The notes: generated from the sequence alone by a model not told the origin. A stretch of DNA of 64,000 nucleotides from Trichoplax sp. H2 (GCA_003344405.1 NOWV01000018.1:496001-560000); one strand, 5' to 3'; shown: positions 42,437 to 55,775, counted from the first letter of the stretch. Translations and numbers: made by a program.

Positions 42437-44524
42437 TGTTCAGTTTTTTGGGGGAAAAAGTTACAATTAAGTCTATTAAAAATAATCAGTTGCTGGGAAT
42501 GATCTTTCGGTCTTTATGAGCACTGATTCCTACTTTCACGAGTGTTATCTTATACTACCCCCGTAGATTGCACTAGTAGTGATTTAAATAGTAGAGAAGC
42601 AAGCCTGTTGATAGTTTATTACCTTTACTTAATTGTTATGCATCGATGTAATCGTTACTCCCTTTTCTAATTACATTTGAAATAGTACAATGACTTTGTT
42701 ATTATTATTAAAAGCTATGAAGATCTCATTATTTAGCTAATGAAAAGAATGAAAGAAATATGAATTATTCATGCTATCGGATGTTCATGTAGGTTAGAGT
42801 TCAGTGGAGGCTAACAGTAATGAAATGATAGAATCTATTAAATCACTAGTCAAGCAATTTAAAAGGAATCTGTATTGAAATACTGGAGGAACTAGCATTA
42901 CGTCATAGTTCAGAGAGCATGGCGATAACTTGAACGGTTAAAAATTTGAACCTTCTTATGACTGCTTGAAAAGCCCAAAAATTCTCTCTGAATGTAAGAG
43001 GAATATTGCTAAGGTATTAGTTTACATCAGTTGTTCATTTCCAGTTATAGAGTGGTGCTATGGGATTAAATTATCGTCTTTACCACCATGACATTAACGA
43101 CCATAATGTGACTTATAAATGACCCCTAGCATTCGAATAACGCAAACAACATTATTGAGCTCATTCCAAATTGTAAACATTAAGCATCTGAACTTTTACA
43201 TTCAAGACTCAAATCTCTTATACGAGTATTCCCCTATATAGTTGCAAGTATAATATAAAAGCACATGTAAATCAAGCTATTTTTAGATCAATAAGGAAGT
43301 AGAACTGTTTTCATAACCTTCTACGGAATATCGATTCATGTTTATCTCAAAGGCGATAGCAGCCTGTTTACAGTATATCCTCTTAAATATCTATTCTTTC
43401 TTAAATTTACTTATTAATATAATAATTCAAACAAACTCATTCAATTCTGATTTAGACTATGTTAAAACTAATCCATCAGAAAAATTTTAATGCACTGGTA
43501 TTCAAAAATTATTATCTAAGCTGTACAGTATTTCTGCCAAGAATAATTTTTCAATATTCTAGTAATTTCTTTTTTGACCTCATGTGCATCTACCGTGACC
43601 ATATAGTCCAAATTATAGGCTGTAGTATACTTGGCAATGGTAACTAAAATTATTTATCGGTTATTTAGTAGCTACCTGATTAGCTAATTACATAGTTATA
43701 TCGCAGTGTATTTTATCGCAGTATGTAAGTGGACTCAAATACTGCAAAGCAGTGTTGTATTTCCACCAATGATAATTTTTTCACCTTTCCAAAAGCTACC
43801 ATTTGGTATTGAAGTGGATAAAATCATATAGAGTGAGTCCATGCTAGTATAATTAATTCTGAAACTAGCTCACTCTACCCATGCTCCTGAATTCATTCTC
43901 AATTAATAGGTATTATGGTTTGAGTTGGTACCTGCGAATTTCATGTAAATTAAAATATAGACGCTATTACTGTTTATTACCTCATTACGGATGCATAAGA
44001 CAAGTTAACAAAGATTGCAAGCTCATTATCTGGCATATTTACGAGATTATTGAATGAACAATGCCATTAGCTAGTATGTTCTCTTTTTGATTGTAACAAT
44101 TTTAAGTCATTGCTAATTACTAGGTGGATATCGAAATGACGATATCAAGCGGCGTTTATTTCTAGATTCTTCGTTTATTTAGCATCCTCATAATTAGTAC
44201 ATGAGAATTTGTTAAAACTTAGGCCGGCACATATATACGTATATGTATAGTATTGTATACGTATAAAGCCTTGTTAAAAATACTTTGGTTTCTTATAATG
44301 AATTCTACTTGAAAACATTGAATATTAACCTTGGCAGTAACAATAGAAACTTCAAATGTTATCCTAATTTTGTAAATTTGTTACTGTTTCACTAACTTTC
44401 GATTCTATCACAAGTTCGATTTCAATTAGAACTTGTAGTAATCTGTATTACATTATTTTGTAGAGGATATATGTCAATTCTAATTGACATATAACAATTG
44501 TGACTATAAAGACGGCAATCATAA

Positions 44525-47277
44525 CTACAGCTTCATTAAAGGAAGGCAATGTTTTTCGGACTGAAAAATAAAATTAAAAAATTGTATCAAAGGAAATATT
44601 GAGTTATAAAAATAGTCATAATACTTAATAATGATATTCCTACAATGATTATCGTCAGCACCTTGCTATATTATAAGACACAATTCCTACGATTGCTAAC
44701 GGAGATGCACTTACGTTGCACTGTTGCATAGTTTTGTAATTAAGACAACCATAGACTGGTCCAAAGATACACTTATTAGGTATCAATTCATAGACTTTAT
44801 TCAAAAATATGGCATTAGCTTCACTATTAGGACCGGTGCATGTATCTAAGATTATCTGAGAATAAACAGTAAGGATGAACTTAAGAATGCAAGCTTAAAT
44901 ACCAAAATTTGGCTAGGAAACGATATTATAATGATTATACGCGAGTATCACTCTTACTTTTTGATCAAGTGAAACTATTAAATCGTTATCATTCAGACAC
45001 TAATCGCGAAATTAAATACTTACGAAGCAAAGGGTTCGAGGAGGTAAACTAGCGAGTGCTTTTAGAATATAGGGAAGAACCTCATTTGCAACATCAATAC
45101 ACTGCAAAAATATATTTAAGAATACATTGATTGATAATTCCGGTTAAACAAAGAGCATCTCTACGTGTTCATCATTGGAGTGATCCACGAGAAAGTTAAT
45201 TTCGAATTATTTCCTGAATAATTAAAGCAATTTGCTAAATCCAACAAACCTTAGCTCTCATTTTTCCATCTAGCAGATTACAAACTGTTGTAATAAAGGT
45301 ATTTTTAAGTATTTCCTGGGATATTCCGTGAGTTATAGCATTAAAGTTGTAAAAAAGTGCAGTGCTTAGTAATAACGTTTTTAGCAACGAATAGTATGTC
45401 ATAATTATCTGAATTACTCGCAGTTTAAGAGTAGGAAGAAGCATATTTTGACTTATAATACGATCTTAGTAATTCATCAATAAAGATATATGTTACCACT
45501 AAAAATTTAATGAAATAATTTAACACTTTAAATTTGATATGAAACAGCAGTAGCGCTCGGAAATCACCTACTCTTTTAAACTGCCAGAACTACAGTATAT
45601 GCGATTCAAACACACTATATAGATATAACTACAATAATTTCACTCGTAGAAATTGCTGTCGCGCTTTGGTTTGCTCAAGTTTTTCACATAATAAAATTAC
45701 GCAAAGATCAGACCTACTGCAAATACGGCTTTGTGATAAAGTATCTTCAAAATATTAAAATAAGAACTAATATTTCTTGCAAAATTTCCTGTTTTATTAC
45801 ATAAGCCTGGTTCGTTTAACAACACTATTTGTCGTACTTACCACTTCGCTGGGATCGTTAAGAACTTTTTCGAAAATTGAAAAATACAGTTTGCATATGC
45901 TACAGTTTGTAAATCTCATAGCTATAAAAAGATAATTATAGAGTAGGCTTTAATCCATCCAATTTCGTACTATTAATATATTTGGTACATCTATCTAGGC
46001 TAATTTTTAGTAGATTGATGGCAATTATATAAATGAATGTTTTTGATTAAAGCGCGGATGTACAATAGTAAAACTATAGTATGCCAAATACAAAAGCTTT
46101 TCTTGTTCGCTTAATACTTAGATATTATCGAATGAAAGATAATCTTACGAGAAGAAAACTGAGCTTGATTCTTCAACGTGTTCTTATAACAGAAATCTTC
46201 AGCACTGTTAGCACTTTGCAGGGATATTATTAAATTCAAAGCGTATGATTCAATATTTTGATCGCACTAAGCGTTAATATGTCAAATAGAGAAACAAATG
46301 AGCTTCATTAATATCTATCCCAAATTAGTAATTGTATTTTTAATATTCTATTCACTAAAAGGCAGTTTTATTTAAATCAAGTGTGAGGGTAATGATTATT
46401 ATCTACTTTACTTACATGTGATTTTAATTCTGTAGGAAGAGCTTGACACATATATTTAGCATTCTCGGCTAAATATTCCTTTAACGCAGAATTAAATGTA
46501 CCTGATAAACTCATACGGTTTCTTAGAATATCTTAATCGAGGAAATGGAACTTTCACTTACCGCGGTATATTTGTAGTTTAATAAATGCTTAAGATGCCT
46601 TGCAACGTATACGCAGAAGAAGGGTTCGGGTGTGTTCTTAAGTATATTTCGATACAATAACATCAATTAGATAATTAATCAAGCAGCTAAGATGATAATA
46701 ATCTTATTATGACAAAGTATAAGGTAATTGTAATTATCGCCCTTGTATTATCTAATCGCTACTATTGCAAATATTCACTTTATCTCAAAGTTGATGCTAA
46801 TTGACAAATGAGTTTAGTCGTAGTCTATCCTATAGCAAAATTACATTTACAGCATATGACTTAAAGTATCTCACACAATACGTATCTAACGAGTATATGT
46901 GTTATTATGCTTATTAGCCGAGATCGAGTTTTAGCGGTACCATATACATTGGAAGAAATTGATTTTGTACGACTCATTTTAATCTAGTTGTTGCTATTTG
47001 TCAAGATTAGTATGGTTACACCATTATTATAACTTTATTCGAACCTGCAAATTGAGATTGCGTTCAGCAACATTGGAGGCGGCAACGTTGTGGAAGTTAC
47101 CTACTGTAGAGTTGAGTTAATGTTACAAATCCCATGATCATTAATGGCATTGTGAATGCTCAAAGTTGTAACAAAGCTGGTTATCTGAACATGAATGATA
47201 TCAAGTTATGAAGGGATTGTACCTGCGCCGAGCATAGCGTAAACCACAAATAATAAATAGATCGATGCTGTAGCCAT
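44525..47277 (-). CDS. Prosaposin-like secreted protein, copy 3 (signal peptide-SapB-SapB-SapA), ~256 aa
   Basis: Exons 47277-47223, 47103-47045, 46636-46562, 46478-46416, 46266-46149, 45921-45842, 45315-45250, 45101-45024, 44855-44715, 44560-44525. Signal MATASIYLLFVVYAMLGA; CSICKLY; LPPRTLCF; CIFGPVYGC. Exon lengths 75/63/66/78/141/36 match copy 1. Confidence 0.88.
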
Positions 47278-47529
47278 ATTTGCCGTAGATGAGCCCAAAT
47301 AATGATTGATATGGATTGGCAGCAATCGAGGCTAGGAAATGCTGCTAGGGAAATTTTTCACTTGGTAGAGTAATTGCTGCTAGCCAGTAGACTAGGAATA
47401 GCGATCCAACTTGAGAAAGCCTTTTGATGGAGGTTTCGGAAACTTAATTAGCCCGATTAAGGATGGCGATGACGTCATGCGCCGTCCCGTTACCATACTG
47501 TAACTGACGCCAGTACGGTAAGTCGGTTT

Positions 47530-47940
47530 ATCGTATGGAAGTTTGACCTGGGCCTGGGCGTAAGTTGCAAAAAGAGGGAGGGACGGAGAAACGGACGAGG
47601 CCTTAACCAAAGCAGGCTGACCTTTTAGTACGGTAGTTCAATGTACTGCACAATACAGTACTGTACTGCACGGTCAGTACTGTACGTTGATCGTATAGAA
47701 GTTTGACCTTGGCCTGGGCGGAAGTTGCCAAAAGAAGGAAGGACGGAGAAACGGACGAGGCCACACCAAAATAGGCTGACCTTTTAGTACGGCACTTTCA
47801 GTACGGTAGTCCAATGTACGGTACAGTACGCTTATGGTATGAAAGTTTGACTTGGGCCTGCGCAGAAGCTACGAAGGGGAGGGAGGGACGGAGAAACGGA
47901 TGAGGCCACACCAAAGTAGGCTGGCCTTTTACCTTTTTTA
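47530..47940. repeat. Three tandem GC-rich ~95-bp cores separated by TACAG-rich spacers
   Basis: aagtttgac.tgggcctg...ggacggagaaacgga.gaggcc...aggctg.cctttta starts near 47539, 47699 and 47843. Confidence 0.9.
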
Positions 47941-48855
47941 CTGGTCATTTGACTGTACCCTACCGCAGTACATTTGTAGCCGTATAGACCTACTGTACTG
48001 TAAAGTGTACAGCATTAGAGGCAAGGGCTAGTCAAGGAGAAAGGGACGGGAAATGGTCGTTCCCTCTAGTCAATATGTGATCAACAAATTATCGTTACTG
48101 ATTATTTTAACGGTATCGCGTGTCTATAATGGTATACTATAGTATCCACGATGGATATCCAACTTAGCTGCAAGGATAGTTTGATGCAGTTTCTGCAGTT
48201 TGCTACAGTACAATCATGGAATCAAATCATGGACTGCTGTATTCATGCATAAATAACAACTTGAAAACTTGAAAAGTACATTATCCCTGTAACGAGATCA
48301 AGAATCTGAGATTTTGAGCTTTCCTTTCTTTTAGTCTACTTTTTTTGGAAGCCCAAGCCAAGCGCGATATCATACCCACATTAACGAGACATAAAGAACT
48401 GTGACAACAAATCAGCTCTAGTGCGAACATAACTTGAATACCATATCCTAATGGACGTAAACATTTCTAGCATGTGATCTTAATCTAGTAACAGTAGATA
48501 AAGGTGTAGATAAGCCGTAAATAGTATTGTACGATATCTAGGATTGGCCATGTTCTATGTTGGGTACTCTACAAGGTAACAAGCAGTAGTTTACAAGACA
48601 GGCAATGTCGACAAATTCCCTTGCAATGACCTCGGTGGATGAGAGCTTCTAGCGACAAAGAATAAAACCGGTATGTTGGTTAGGGTTTTTCTTTTGCCCA
48701 CAAAACATACCGGTTTTTTCTTTTGCCCTACTACTTTATACTAGTTATACAGTACTATTTGCAGTGAAATTCTGATGCAAATAAAGAAGGTAAATAAAGA
48801 AAATTTTCTTGACTGCGTCAGATCATTACGTTGAGTACCACTCTGTAGCCTTAGC

Positions 48856-49036
48856 ATAGTGACATCACTTTTGCTACTGTTTTGCACTACGTGTACTACA
48901 GTACAGTCGCACTCGTGACGATTCTTTGCAGTGCTTATTGTCTATACGGTACTGTACTGTACTCCACTTGTTTACAATCCAATAAAGGTGAATTCTATAC
49001 AATGAAAGCTACTGTAGCAAAAGTAATGTCACCGTA
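48856..49036. mobile_element. MITE-like element (~180 bp) upstream of the sulfite oxidase gene
   Basis: Inverted repeats gtgacatcacttttgctac (48859-48877) and gtagcaaaagtaatgtcac (49014-49032) match at 18/19. The right end reads CACCG|TA. Confidence 0.6.
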
Positions 49037-49370
49037 GTCCGCTTAACGTCTAGGGTGCTGCTAGTCCTGTCCGGTCCAGGGCTGCCTACGCACAGATTGT
49101 ACTGTACACCTTCAAGCTGACGCAATATTATTCTTTGTCTACGTGACGTTTTGGTCGGAAACGGGGGAAGCTATTTCCAGGAGCCAACAGCCATTTTTTC
49201 ACGACCAATTAAGGGGCAAATCCTTTCCTCCAACGTTAATTAGGAGGAGGTCTTGCACAGATTAAAACTTGATATTGAATATTAACAAAGTGTGGATAAA
49301 TAATACTGTAGAGACAGCTCAGTGTGGAAGGAGTTGCTAGCGTCTCTACTAATGCTAACCTTGCTTGAAA

Positions 49371-52300
49371 ATGAGTTACAACAACGAACCCAAACGACGA
49401 CCAGATTTTACAGTCAATCAACAGCAGCCATTCAATGCTGAACCACCTTGTGATGCCTTAATTCGGAATTATGTCACACCTAACGACTATTTCTACGTAC
49501 GAAATCATGCCCCAGTACCTTCTCTACCAGGAGAATCTTACCGGTAAGAATTCATGGGATATTGTACAAGTTAGGAGACTATCTTTCACCCGATCTGCAG
49601 CGCCAGGCACAAATCGATGGCTTCGATGCAGGCGAGCTCTATTCAGCCTCTACTGCCGATCACTATCGACGAGTAGAAAGCTATCCAAATCTGTTAAGGT
49701 TATAATTTGTCCATCATTTATGTTCGAGAAAAGGAAGGATTGACTAAAACATCATAAATGATGCAAGCCTTGAATTGACACTACTTTATATGTGTTTTCA
49801 TCTTTCTGGATGGACATAAACACAGCGACGTATCTGACTTATTCTATGCCTGACAGACAGCGACTTTTGCATACCTTAAAACGGATAAAATGAGGACAGT
49901 AGTCTAAATGATATAGACAATCAGTTTATAACTGTAATTCCTACATAATTGACTTAAGGGAAAACGAATGATTTATTGGAAAATCAGAAATGAAGCAACT
50001 CTTTAATGGACGCTGCTTTATGTGTACTATCGTGTACATCTGTCTTTCATCGTTCTTAGTTAACGTAGAGAAACTCAACGATCTTCTACTGTAGCCTAAC
50101 CCTAACTCATCAAGGCAGCAACTTTGGCTTACCCTACTGATTTAAAAGTGATAAAAGGATGATCGTGATCCCTATTTTAGTTTGTATATCGCTTATTCTC
50201 AGTGGCTCTGCTACAAAAATTACAATACTGTAGTTTAAGTATAAGTTCTACGCTTTCATTCTGGACATGCCAAACATAAGAAAGTGATCATGTTGATGCA
50301 TAAATAGCAATAGTAAATATAGGAATCGCCATCATCAATAATCTATTGCATAATTAATACCCGGTGCGAGGATACCATTTAGTAAAGACATGTTAATTTC
50401 CGGGACCAAGTATTCAATAGCTGCTCAGAAACTACATTAACCAGTTATATGCGTACAGTAGTTGATGTAATCATTAACCTTGCAAATATTAATAAGTTGA
50501 TTGCATTATAGTTAGCGTATTGTGAGATTATGATACTTCCAATGTACTGAAATTTAAAATCATACATATTCGTAAATTAAATATAAATTGAAGACCAATC
50601 AATCTATAAACAATATAGTCGATTCAACTAGAATACAGTCTCACAAACTCTGTTATTAATAAATAATTTTGCTGCTATACACGGATTCTACGTCACCAGT
50701 AGTCCCATCGAGAATAGTACATTGAATTAAAGTCTAATAAATATCCTTTAAATTTATATTCTTACAGGTTAATGATTGGTGGCGACGTTCCACAGCCTAT
50801 TAGTCTTTCATTATCAGAATTAAAATCTCAATTCCCAAAAGTTCAGGTCATGGCAACTTTAATGGTAAGTTAATCTACGTTGATAAAGTTCCTAGTATGT
50901 CACTTGCACCTTGAAAGCAATTGTTGAAATCTTCAGAATTCCGCTTAATGGTTGATAGCCGTAGACGTGTATAATTATTAATTATTCATAGTAAAGCAAT
51001 CTATCAAACGGGACGCCTAACAGGGTATTGTCTATATTGCAACATAGTGCGCTGGCAATAGAAGAGATGAACTCAATAAAATCAAAACTGTTAAGGTAAA
51101 AAATCACGGAATTAATAAACTGTAGCCAAAGCAATCATTGACCTTTTATACGGCTACTTACGTAATTGTAGAATATATACATACATGCTAGCACGGACAG
51201 AAGCTGATATTTAATTTAAAACGTCCGGTATACCTACAGTACTTAATGAACTTCTTACCTATAGGGTGTAACATGGGGACCGGCTGCAATTAGCAATGGC
51301 ATTTGGGGCGGTGTACCCCTACGTTTGGTCTTACATGCGGCTGGAATTATCGAGGTTAGATACTACTGTTGCTATTGGCTTTACCAGTATTAGCCTACTA
51401 AGAACATTCTTGATGAATGGACATGTTAATTAATTAATTCATTGCTATGCGTAGTCCAATTTTAGGCAATATCACGTCTGCTTTGAGGGATTTGATATTT
51501 GCAAAGACAATACTGGATATGGATCTTCGATACCGATACCAAAGGCCATGTAAATAAATTAAAATAACCCCGTTGTTTCATACTTTAACCGTATTACCAA
51601 CCTTTAAACTTATATGGTTGCATTTCAACCTGCTTAGGGATCCGCAAGGAGATGTGTTGCTCGCTTACGAGGTTCATCATGTTACAGTTTTCTTTCGTCT
51701 TACACTTTTTGTCGGTGAAACTAACCTTTGTTTATTGTCCAAATGGCTTACCTGTGACAGATGAATGGAGAAGAATTACCAAGAGATCATGGCTATCCTC
51801 TACGGGTAGTAGTTCCAGGATATATCGGCGCAAGGTTAGCATCTTTTATGCTCGCATGTCTAATAGCTTACTGTAAGTAGCGTTTTCATTGAATGTCACT
51901 TAGAGTTGGCTATTAATTTCTTTATTTCCCAGGAGTGTCAAATGGTTAAAATCTATTGTCGTGCAAAAGGAAGAATCTACAAATTATTTTCAACGCCGAG
52001 ATTACAAACTATTTCTTCCACAAGTATGCTGCGTATACATATTAATAACCATTATGTTTGAAGAAAAACTTTGTTAATATAGCGTCGCAAACTTAAATAA
52101 TCATTTTAGGTAAACTGGGATAACGTTGATCAATGGTGGGATAAGAGTCCTCCAATTCAGGAGTTGTCTGTTCAGGCTGCTATTCTAGAACCAAAGAATG
52201 GAGCAGCTATAGATACCGGTAGCCCATACGCTATTAAGGGCTATGCATTATCTAATGGGCACAGGTTAGCCAGAAATTATTCAAACGCCTGCTATAGTTT

Positions 52301-52828
52301 CAAATACCCACAATATTGTACAATATTTATGATCATGTACCTCGATCATAACGTAGTACATTTTCTTAATAGTGTTTTTGAACTTTTGAAGACTGTAAAT
52401 GATTGCATGTATAATTTTAAATGATAAAAGTTGAACTTTCCACGTTCAATATCTGATAGGATTGCCAGAGTGGACGTCTCTTTAGACAACGGCGTTACGT
52501 GGGAGCCTGCCACAACGATAAATGGTGAAATAAAGGATAATACTAATAGATATTGGAGTTGGTTTCTTTGGACATACACCGTTAGATCTATGCCTTCCCC
52601 ATGCCGTATCGTCTGCCGAGCGTGTAAGTTTACTCATATCAAGATACTGTAGTTCTAAAATACGTTCACTTTAATAAGACAATAATTTACAATCAATCTA
52701 ATCGATTAATTTTAGGGGACTATGCATCAAATAGCATGCCTGGAGATGCACCTTCAATATGGAATTTGCGTGGAGTCATGAATAATAGTTGGCATCGAAT
52801 CGACGTTGTGAGTAAAAGCAAAATTTAG
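49371..52828 (+). CDS. SUOX: Sulfite oxidase (Moco and dimerisation domains only, ~377 aa)
   Basis: Exons 49371-49543, 50768-50864, 51048-51095, 51265-51354, 51455-51549, 51638-51671, 51761-51834, 51933-52023, 52110-52264, 52460-52623, 52716-52828 splice in frame. Motifs: PFNAEPP, FYVRNH, Mo-ligand [64 protein letters not shown]. Confidence 0.95.
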
Positions 52829-53636
52829 TGAAGCAAAGTGTCATCGATGCTGATTATTACTACTCTTGATTGCGATTTAGTAAGTGAAGTATAGCATCTA
52901 CGTCTTGTGTTGACAAGATTTACTTGATAAACAACGCTTTTCTTATGACAAAAATGACTTACTATTGGCGCGAAAAATCATACAATTTTTTGTAGTAATT
53001 AATAGCTATATTGTCATCTATTTGACGTACGCTTGATGAGCTTCTTGGAGTAGAAGGAAATATCGTATTTGCCAATTCATCTTGTAAAATGGATGCTTGC
53101 AAGAACATTTAAATTGTGATATTACTCTTAAAATTTAATGCTGTTTCTTTTATTGATGTAATAAATAAAATTATATCAAACTGCAATAAATTTGTGTAAT
53201 TTCTCGAAAGATGAATATTTGAACAGGAATAGAAGCCAAGAGTAAATAAAAATTCATTAAGTTATGATGTACTAAACTATAGGGGAATGACACTGCATCA
53301 TCTTATGATACAAAATTTGGTTTAAGATAAAAAAGTATTTACAAAAGACTTATAGTAGAATTTCAATCTAGATTTTACGTTGTGGCTACTACATAAGGGA
53401 AAGGGATATCACGGCAGACGGTAGCAATTATAAGTATAAATACGAGTATACAGTACCATAGGAAAAAATTTTTAAATTGTATCTCGTATTCAAGTTACCA
53501 AATTATCACAAATATGCAGCCATATATGTACCTACTCTATGTTGAATAATTTCTTCTCACTTGCATACAAATATTGTATGTGCATAAAGCAACTAACACA
53601 TCGTGTTATTTTCAAAATTATTCAGTCACTATACAA

Positions 53637-55775
53637 CTATAAACCATACTTTTTTCGTAGTTTGACTAAATCATCTTCATTGAAAGTTATGCTTTGGATA
53701 TCTTGATTGGAAAGGCTATCCTTTAATTTAACTAATAGCTCTGTAGACTAAAATTAGAAAAGTAATACATTAGCTTTGAAAGAAAATTTGAAATTGACTC
53801 GAAATCTTAATAAATAGTGATAGCCTATCACTACTTTAGAAAATTGATATTAATTATGATGTTATAACCAGCTATTTTTAAAGTTTTTATAGGATCCATT
53901 ATTATAATATTGCAACACTTTACATCTATACTATCCGTCAACTTACACATGCTTTTTCTTGCTTTCCAAAGAACATGATTGTTAAACTGAATCGGTCAGA
54001 TTTAGTTATACAATATAGCATATGATAAATTACTTGAGCATCAGCTGGTTGATAGCACTAACATTATGTAAAGATGAAATTTCTGTTAGAGCCTTCAAAT
54101 TCATACCTTACGAGCATGTTAACACTTTCTGCTACTACCGAATGTTTGCCATTGCAGTGAAATATAATGTTTAAATTATTATGCAATAAAGTTTACTACA
54201 ACTAGGTATCACGTATTAATATAAATCATACGTTATATCATTAAAATAAAGCATCGTATATCCTACTGACCTCATGGAGGACTTGTAATAACCCTTCTAA
54301 GTTACTAACATGTAAAAGATTTTTATCAGTATCCGTTACATAAACTGTACGATTACAATTTATATACGAAGCTTTTTTTCATATTAGAGAACGGCTAACA
54401 GTAGCAAATTGTTATTCATTCGAAATTTATCTACCTGACTTCCGTTTTATATAGTTGATATAATCTTTCTCCTCCTAGCCTACAAAGAAATCTAAATGAA
54501 ATTGAACGTAGTATAATTATTTAAATAAAAATTTTGATAAAGGCATACAATATTAAAATACTATAAAGTTATGTAATTGCACAATACTACAGTCTCAGTT
54601 GATAAAAATGATAACCAACTTATATCTCTCATGGTTTGACTGGAGTTGTTTCCACCGCCTTTCAAATTCAACCGCCGTTTTAACGTTCCAATCTTGTTCA
54701 TTACTACTTGGGATACTTGCAGCTATTTCTGCTGCGTCCTGATCATTTTTACTAGCTGCAGCATTCCAAGTCTGAGTTATTCTTTCGTTAGTTATTAATC
54801 CTTCTTTGCGATCTAAAGGCCGAAGATGAGATGCAGCCACAATTCCTCTACAATGACAAGGTATATAAAATGTTTTGTAACCATATTCAAGCTGATTCAT
54901 TCTTGCAATTCAAAGAAAGTCAAAGTTACACATTTAAAGCCAAAGCTAACTAGATCGATATGTCCATTTAATCTCATATTTACGTGCTTAAATTATTACA
55001 TAACGACAGAAGGAAGTCAATTTTAGACATAGTATGACCCGAAATGAATATGGATAACTATATCCTAAATACGGTAGCCTGGGCTAAAATTATTACATTC
55101 TTACTAATAGAAGGAAAAATAGATCGATGCATCTCAACGCCCAAAACGAAATGAATTAATCTATCCATTTAATTTCCTGTATTAACACTTTCAACAAGAT
55201 TATAAACTAAGACGTAAAATATTTATTTGCCCTTTACTTCTGTCTACTTCAATAATATAGGAAACTCTAATGGTCAAAGATAAGATTATTCCGGTCTTCT
55301 TTAATCAGTCCTATGGTACTCGTATATCTCACTTTCATTTTTTTATACCCGTGTGAAATAATTTGATTTCTATCATTATTTAATATTCATAACTTTAAAT
55401 TATTTCAATTTCCTTTACTAATAATCTAGTAAATTATAGCAGTTATTATAAATGAAATTAATGGTCTTTAACAAGCTGTATACTTTTAGAACTGATTCGA
55501 TTTCCTTTACATTGAATAATTAAATCCTGATGATATTTGATTAATATCGAGATACCACTTTGAGCTCTGATAGCTACCTATATCAGTACTTAACTAATTG
55601 CACCAAATAATAAGAAAATTTCTTACTTAAATTCTTCATAGGTTCCAACACGTTGTCCAACAGCTCTAATTTTAGCATCATTCTCTCGCCAATATTTCTT
55701 ATCAGCCTCGAGTGCATTGGATAATTCTTTTTCTAATTTTGCAAAATCGATCTCATCTCGATCACTGTGAGCCAT
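53637..55775 (-). CDS. CCDC103: CCDC103 / dynein axonemal assembly factor 19
   Basis: Exons 55775-55627, 54847-54620, 54491-54435, 54304-54271, 54057-53947, 53747-53637. N-terminal [53 protein letters not shown] is the dynein-attachment motif. RPAP3_C-like TAVEFERRW and RFSLTIMF follow. Confidence 0.92.
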
